Assembly (NCBI GenBank): GCA_947593925.1 | Contig: CANQDU010000001.1 | Location: forward strand, 141,188 to 205,187 | DNA from: an uncultured Clostridia bacterium | GTDB taxonomy: Bacteria; Bacillota; Clostridia; Oscillospirales; JAAYOS01 | Direction of reading: 5' to 3' | DNA length: 64,000 nt | Shown here: one piece after another, positions 61,226 through 64,000 of the stretch | Layout of the letters: every line of letters starts with the position of its first letter | Position numbering within the stretch: position 1 is the first letter of the stretch | The notes under the pieces: generated by a model | What the model was told of the DNA's origin: nothing | Database searches by the model: none | The model's input: only the letters and a program-made list of their open reading frames with translations | Made by a program: the position numbers and the translations under genes

Positions 61226-64000
61226 TCACTCGACTATGAGCGAGACGAGACGTTCGAGGATGGTAGCGACCTCGGCGCGGGTGGCGTATCCGCGAGGATC
61301 AAGCGCGCCGCCGCTGCCGTTGATGATGCCGGAGCCGACCGCCCACCGCATCGCCTCTGCGGCGTAGGACGAGACCTTGCCGCTGTCGCTGAAGCCGCCG
61401 AGGTCGGCGGGCGTGCCGCCGTCCACGCCGAACTTCCCGGCGTAGCGGTAGATCATCAGGGCGAGATCTTCGCGGGTGACGCTGTCCGACGGACGGAAGT
61501 CGCCGCCCGAATAGCCGTTGATTATGCCGGCACCGCTCGCCCACGCGATGCCGTCCGAGTACCACTTGTCGGAGGCGACGTCCTTAAAGGCGGTGTCGCC
61601 GGTGGACTTGGTCTCGTTTTCAAGCCTCCAGAGAACGGTGGCGACCATCGCGCGGTCGGTGTTTGCCGTCGGGGAGAACTTACCGCCGCCGGTGCCGCCG
61701 AAGAGCTCGCGGGAGGATGCAAATCCGACCGCGCTCTCGTACCATGCGCCGCTCGCAACGTCCGAGAAGGTCTTGGTGGCATTCACGAGCTTCACCGTGC
61801 AGGAGCCGTCAAGGAGCGCCTTCACGGAAGCGCCGTCCGCTACGGACTTCCTTATCACGGTCTCGGCGCCGTCCTCGCCGACTATGACCGCTACGGTCTT
61901 GCCGCCCGCGGGCAGAGCGACCGAGAGGCCGCCGTCTATCTTATCAAGAGTTTTGGAACCGGTCGCCGCCTCGAAGCGGACACCGTCCCCGGACTTCGTG
62001 ACCGTCAGGGCGAGGCCGCCGTCCTTGGAGAGAGCGGCGAGCGCCTCGGCGCTGACGGAGACGTCCGCAAGCCCGGTGCTGAGCTTCAGGTCGAGTCCCG
62101 CGTCGGCGACCTTTGCGGTGTTCTCGGGAGTGATGGACAGGCTCACCTTGTCCGCGCTGCCGTCTATCTTGGGCGCTACGACGAGGCTCGCCGCGCCGGA
62201 CGCGCCGGCGTCGGCTATGCCTCCGAGCAGTACGTCCTCGGAAACGGAGACGCTTGCGGCTCCGCCGGCATCGACCGTGGCGTCGGGAGTGATGGTGACG
62301 CTCGTCGGGGCGGACGGGGTGAATACCGTGCCGCCTGCCGTGCCGCCGCCGAGACCGCCGAGACCGCCGGCAGCTCCGCCGCCGAAGCCTCCGAATCCGC
62401 CGGACGCGCCGCCGGCGCTTCCGCCCGCGGGAGCGCCGCTTCCGCCGGCCGTACCGCCGGTGCTTCCGCCCGTGCTGCCGCCGGTCGAGGGCTCTGTGCT
62501 CGGCTGGGTGGAGGGCTCAGCGGAGGGCTGGGTCGAGGGCTCGACAGAGGGTTCGGTGGAAGGATCTGTCGAGGGTTCGACGGGCTTTGCCGTCACCGCG
62601 ACGGGCGCACTGCCGGCGACCGTCGTATAGTTGGAACTGTTCGGAGTAAAGGTCCAGTTGTAGTACGCGGTCTTGACGCTCTTGGAGAGCACAACCTCCG
62701 TCGGATCGTCCACTCCGCCGACCTTGTCCCATGCGACCGTGCCGCTGACCGGCTCGCCCTTCGCACCGGTGGCGGTCACAGTAAGCTTCGACTGACTGAG
62801 GGTGTCGCCCTCGTCCACTCCGCTCGCGGTCACCTTAACGGTGGGTGTGGCGGGCGCGATGACAAGGGTGGTATTCATAGAGTTGGTTGTGTAGTTCGAG
62901 AGTTTGGAAGCGTCCGCCGTGACCTTTACCTTGTAGGTTCCGACATTCACGGGCGCGGAAGTGTTGTAGCTGCTGCCGCCGTCGGAGCTGTATTCGACAT
63001 TCACAGTTGCGCCGCAATCAGAGACACCTTCGATGGTGTGAGGATTGCCGTCATAGGTGACGCTCGTCTCGCCGGATATGGCGAGGTCTGCGGGCATGGT
63101 ATCGACTCCGGATATCAAAACATATCCGTGGACTTCGGTGTAGTTCTTCGAGGACGGCTTGAATACGTACTCGAGGCTCTGCTCCTCCGAAGTAATCAGT
63201 TTGTTTTTCGACGCGGCGGTGAGCTCGACCGTGCCGGGAACCGGCTCGCCGTTGTACGGGTTGCGGTAGGTGGCCTGTATTGACTTTTCGATAGTGGAGG
63301 CGAGCTGGCCGATCTTACCCTTCGGCGCGACGACGTCCACCTTCTGCGGTACGGCAGGGAGAACCTCGATGTCGCCGTCCACCCGATAGATTTGGTAGTT
63401 CCCGGCGCTGCCCGTTGCGTTGATACCGTAAGTGTCCACAGGCGCCGTGGGCGATGTACCGTTGCTTGCAAGGACTATCTGGATGCTGTCTGCCGCATCT
63501 ATCTTTGTGGAACCGATGTCATTCGGGCTGGGAACTGCGGAGACCTTCGCAAAGTCGGCGCTGACGATGTTCATGCTCTGACCGTAGAACTTGTGGAGTT
63601 CTTGCAGCTGAACGATGATTTGCCTCGGGAAGATCTCGCTGTATACCGTGACAGACTCGGGAAGGACGTACTTATCCGTGTTGTTGCCGGTGATCACGGT
63701 GCCCTTTTTGAAGGTTATCGTCACGGCCTTGTTCTTTCCGACATTGCCGTCTTCAAATGTTGCCACGAGGCAGTCCTTGCCGATGAGATCGCCGCACTTC
63801 AGGTTAATATTGTCACCGGAGAGGCCGTTGTAAACAGCAAAGCTCATTATCTGTCCGGTGGAAGTTCCGTTTGAATAGGGACGGGAATAGACCTCAATGG
63901 CAAACGTCAGCTCGCGCTTCTTTATGGTGTACACCGTCGAGGCCGCTGCGCCGGTGTAGCCGTGCCTCGGCTGAATGGAGGCGCGCACGTCGTATTCGCC
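61226..64000 (-). CDS. Large cell-surface protein: MBG/YDG-type repeats, Pro/Ser/Thr and Gly-rich linkers, three C-terminal SLH domains (N-terminus outside window)
   Basis: The frame is open to base 64000. The SLH triplet (FSDVASGAWYESAV..., FKDVASDKWYSDGI..., FSDSGKVSSYAAEAM...) lies at about 61241-61768. Confidence 0.8.
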   Translation of the reverse strand, partial: GEYDVRASIQPRHGYTGAAASTVYTIKKRELTFAIEVYSRPYSNGTSTGQIMSFAVYNGLSGDNINLKCGDLIGKDCLVATFEDGNVGKNKAVTITFKKGTVITGNNTDKYVLPESVTVYSEIFPRQIIVQLQELHKFYGQSMNIVSADFAKVSAVPSPNDIGSTKIDAADSIQIVLASNGTSPTAPVDTYGINATGSAGNYQIYRVDGDIEVLPAVPQKVDVVAPKGKIGQLASTIEKSIQATYRNPYNGEPVPGTVELTAASKNKLITSEEQSLEYVFKPSSKNYTEVHGYVLISGVDTMPADLAISGETSVTYDGNPHTIEGVSDCGATVNVEYSSDGGSSYNTSAPVNVGTYKVKVTADASKLSNYTTNSMNTTLVIAPATPTVKVTASGVDEGDTLSQSKLTVTATGAKGEPVSGTVAWDKVGGVDDPTEVVLSKSVKTAYYNWTFTPNSSNYTTVAGSAPVAVTAKPVEPSTDPSTEPSVEPSTQPSAEPSTQPSTEPSTGGSTGGSTGGTAGGSGAPAGGSAGGASGGFGGFGGGAAGGLGGLGGGTAGGTVFTPSAPTSVTITPDATVDAGGAASVSVSEDVLLGGIADAGASGAASLVVAPKIDGSADKVSLSITPENTAKVADAGLDLKLSTGLADVSVSAEALAALSKDGGLALTVTKSGDGVRFEAATGSKTLDKIDGGLSVALPAGGKTVAVIVGEDGAETVIRKSVADGASVKALLDGSCTVKLVNATKTFSDVASGAWYESAVGFASSRELFGGTGGGKFSPTANTDRAMVATVLWRLENETKSTGDTAFKDVASDKWYSDGIAWASGAGIINGYSGGDFRPSDSVTREDLALMIYRYAGKFGVDGGTPADLGGFSDSGKVSSYAAEAMRWAVGSGIINGSGGALDPRGYATRAEVATILERLVSLIVE
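62330..62587 (-). repeat. Coding low-complexity tandem repeats (EPST units, then GGS/GGA/GGF/GGL units)
   Basis: The translation reads PVEPSTDPSTEPSVEPSTQPSAEPSTQPSTEPSTGGSTGGSTGGTAGG...GGFGGFGGGAAGGLGGLGGG. Confidence 0.8.

Overview
GC-rich chromosomal segment that looks like a spore-forming Clostridia (Oscillospirales-like) genome. The taxonomic guess rests only on gene content (spo0A, SLH-domain surface protein, split transketolase, Na+-pumping decarboxylase) and codon style. About 60 genes are supportable, mostly housekeeping. They include a partial fhs, pgi, mtaB, pyrE, galM/galK/galE, a recD2-comFC-radC operon, a four-gene oxaloacetate-decarboxylase Na+ pump, xylB plus split transketolase, spo0A, the rpmH-rnpA-yidD-yidC-jag cluster, one tRNA-Thr(CGU), an OmpR-type two-component system, transporters, proC and a large SLH surface protein cut by the window end. 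The main signal the genes do not explain is in the non-coding DNA. Seven gene-distal regions (about 3 kb in total) are built from one shared set of hairpin modules. The modules keep the same order and the same orientation relative to the upstream gene, start 3-8 nt after a stop codon, and show compensatory stem changes between copies. This resembles BIME/REP mosaics, and I do not recognise the family. An eighth region (54.9-55.8 kb) is an ~880-bp element with long, module-built inverted arms around a lower-GC ~280-bp core. Protein-level oddities are a Spo0A with a non-canonical receiver (Glu at the phospho-acceptor position), a tandem active/degenerate RadC (JAB) pair, an RCC1-repeat/CuAO-N/trypsin fusion protein, a Crh-like HPr, and an rpmH cluster with no adjacent dnaA at a strand-bias switch. 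All calls come from reading the sequence and the ORF translations. No database search was run.
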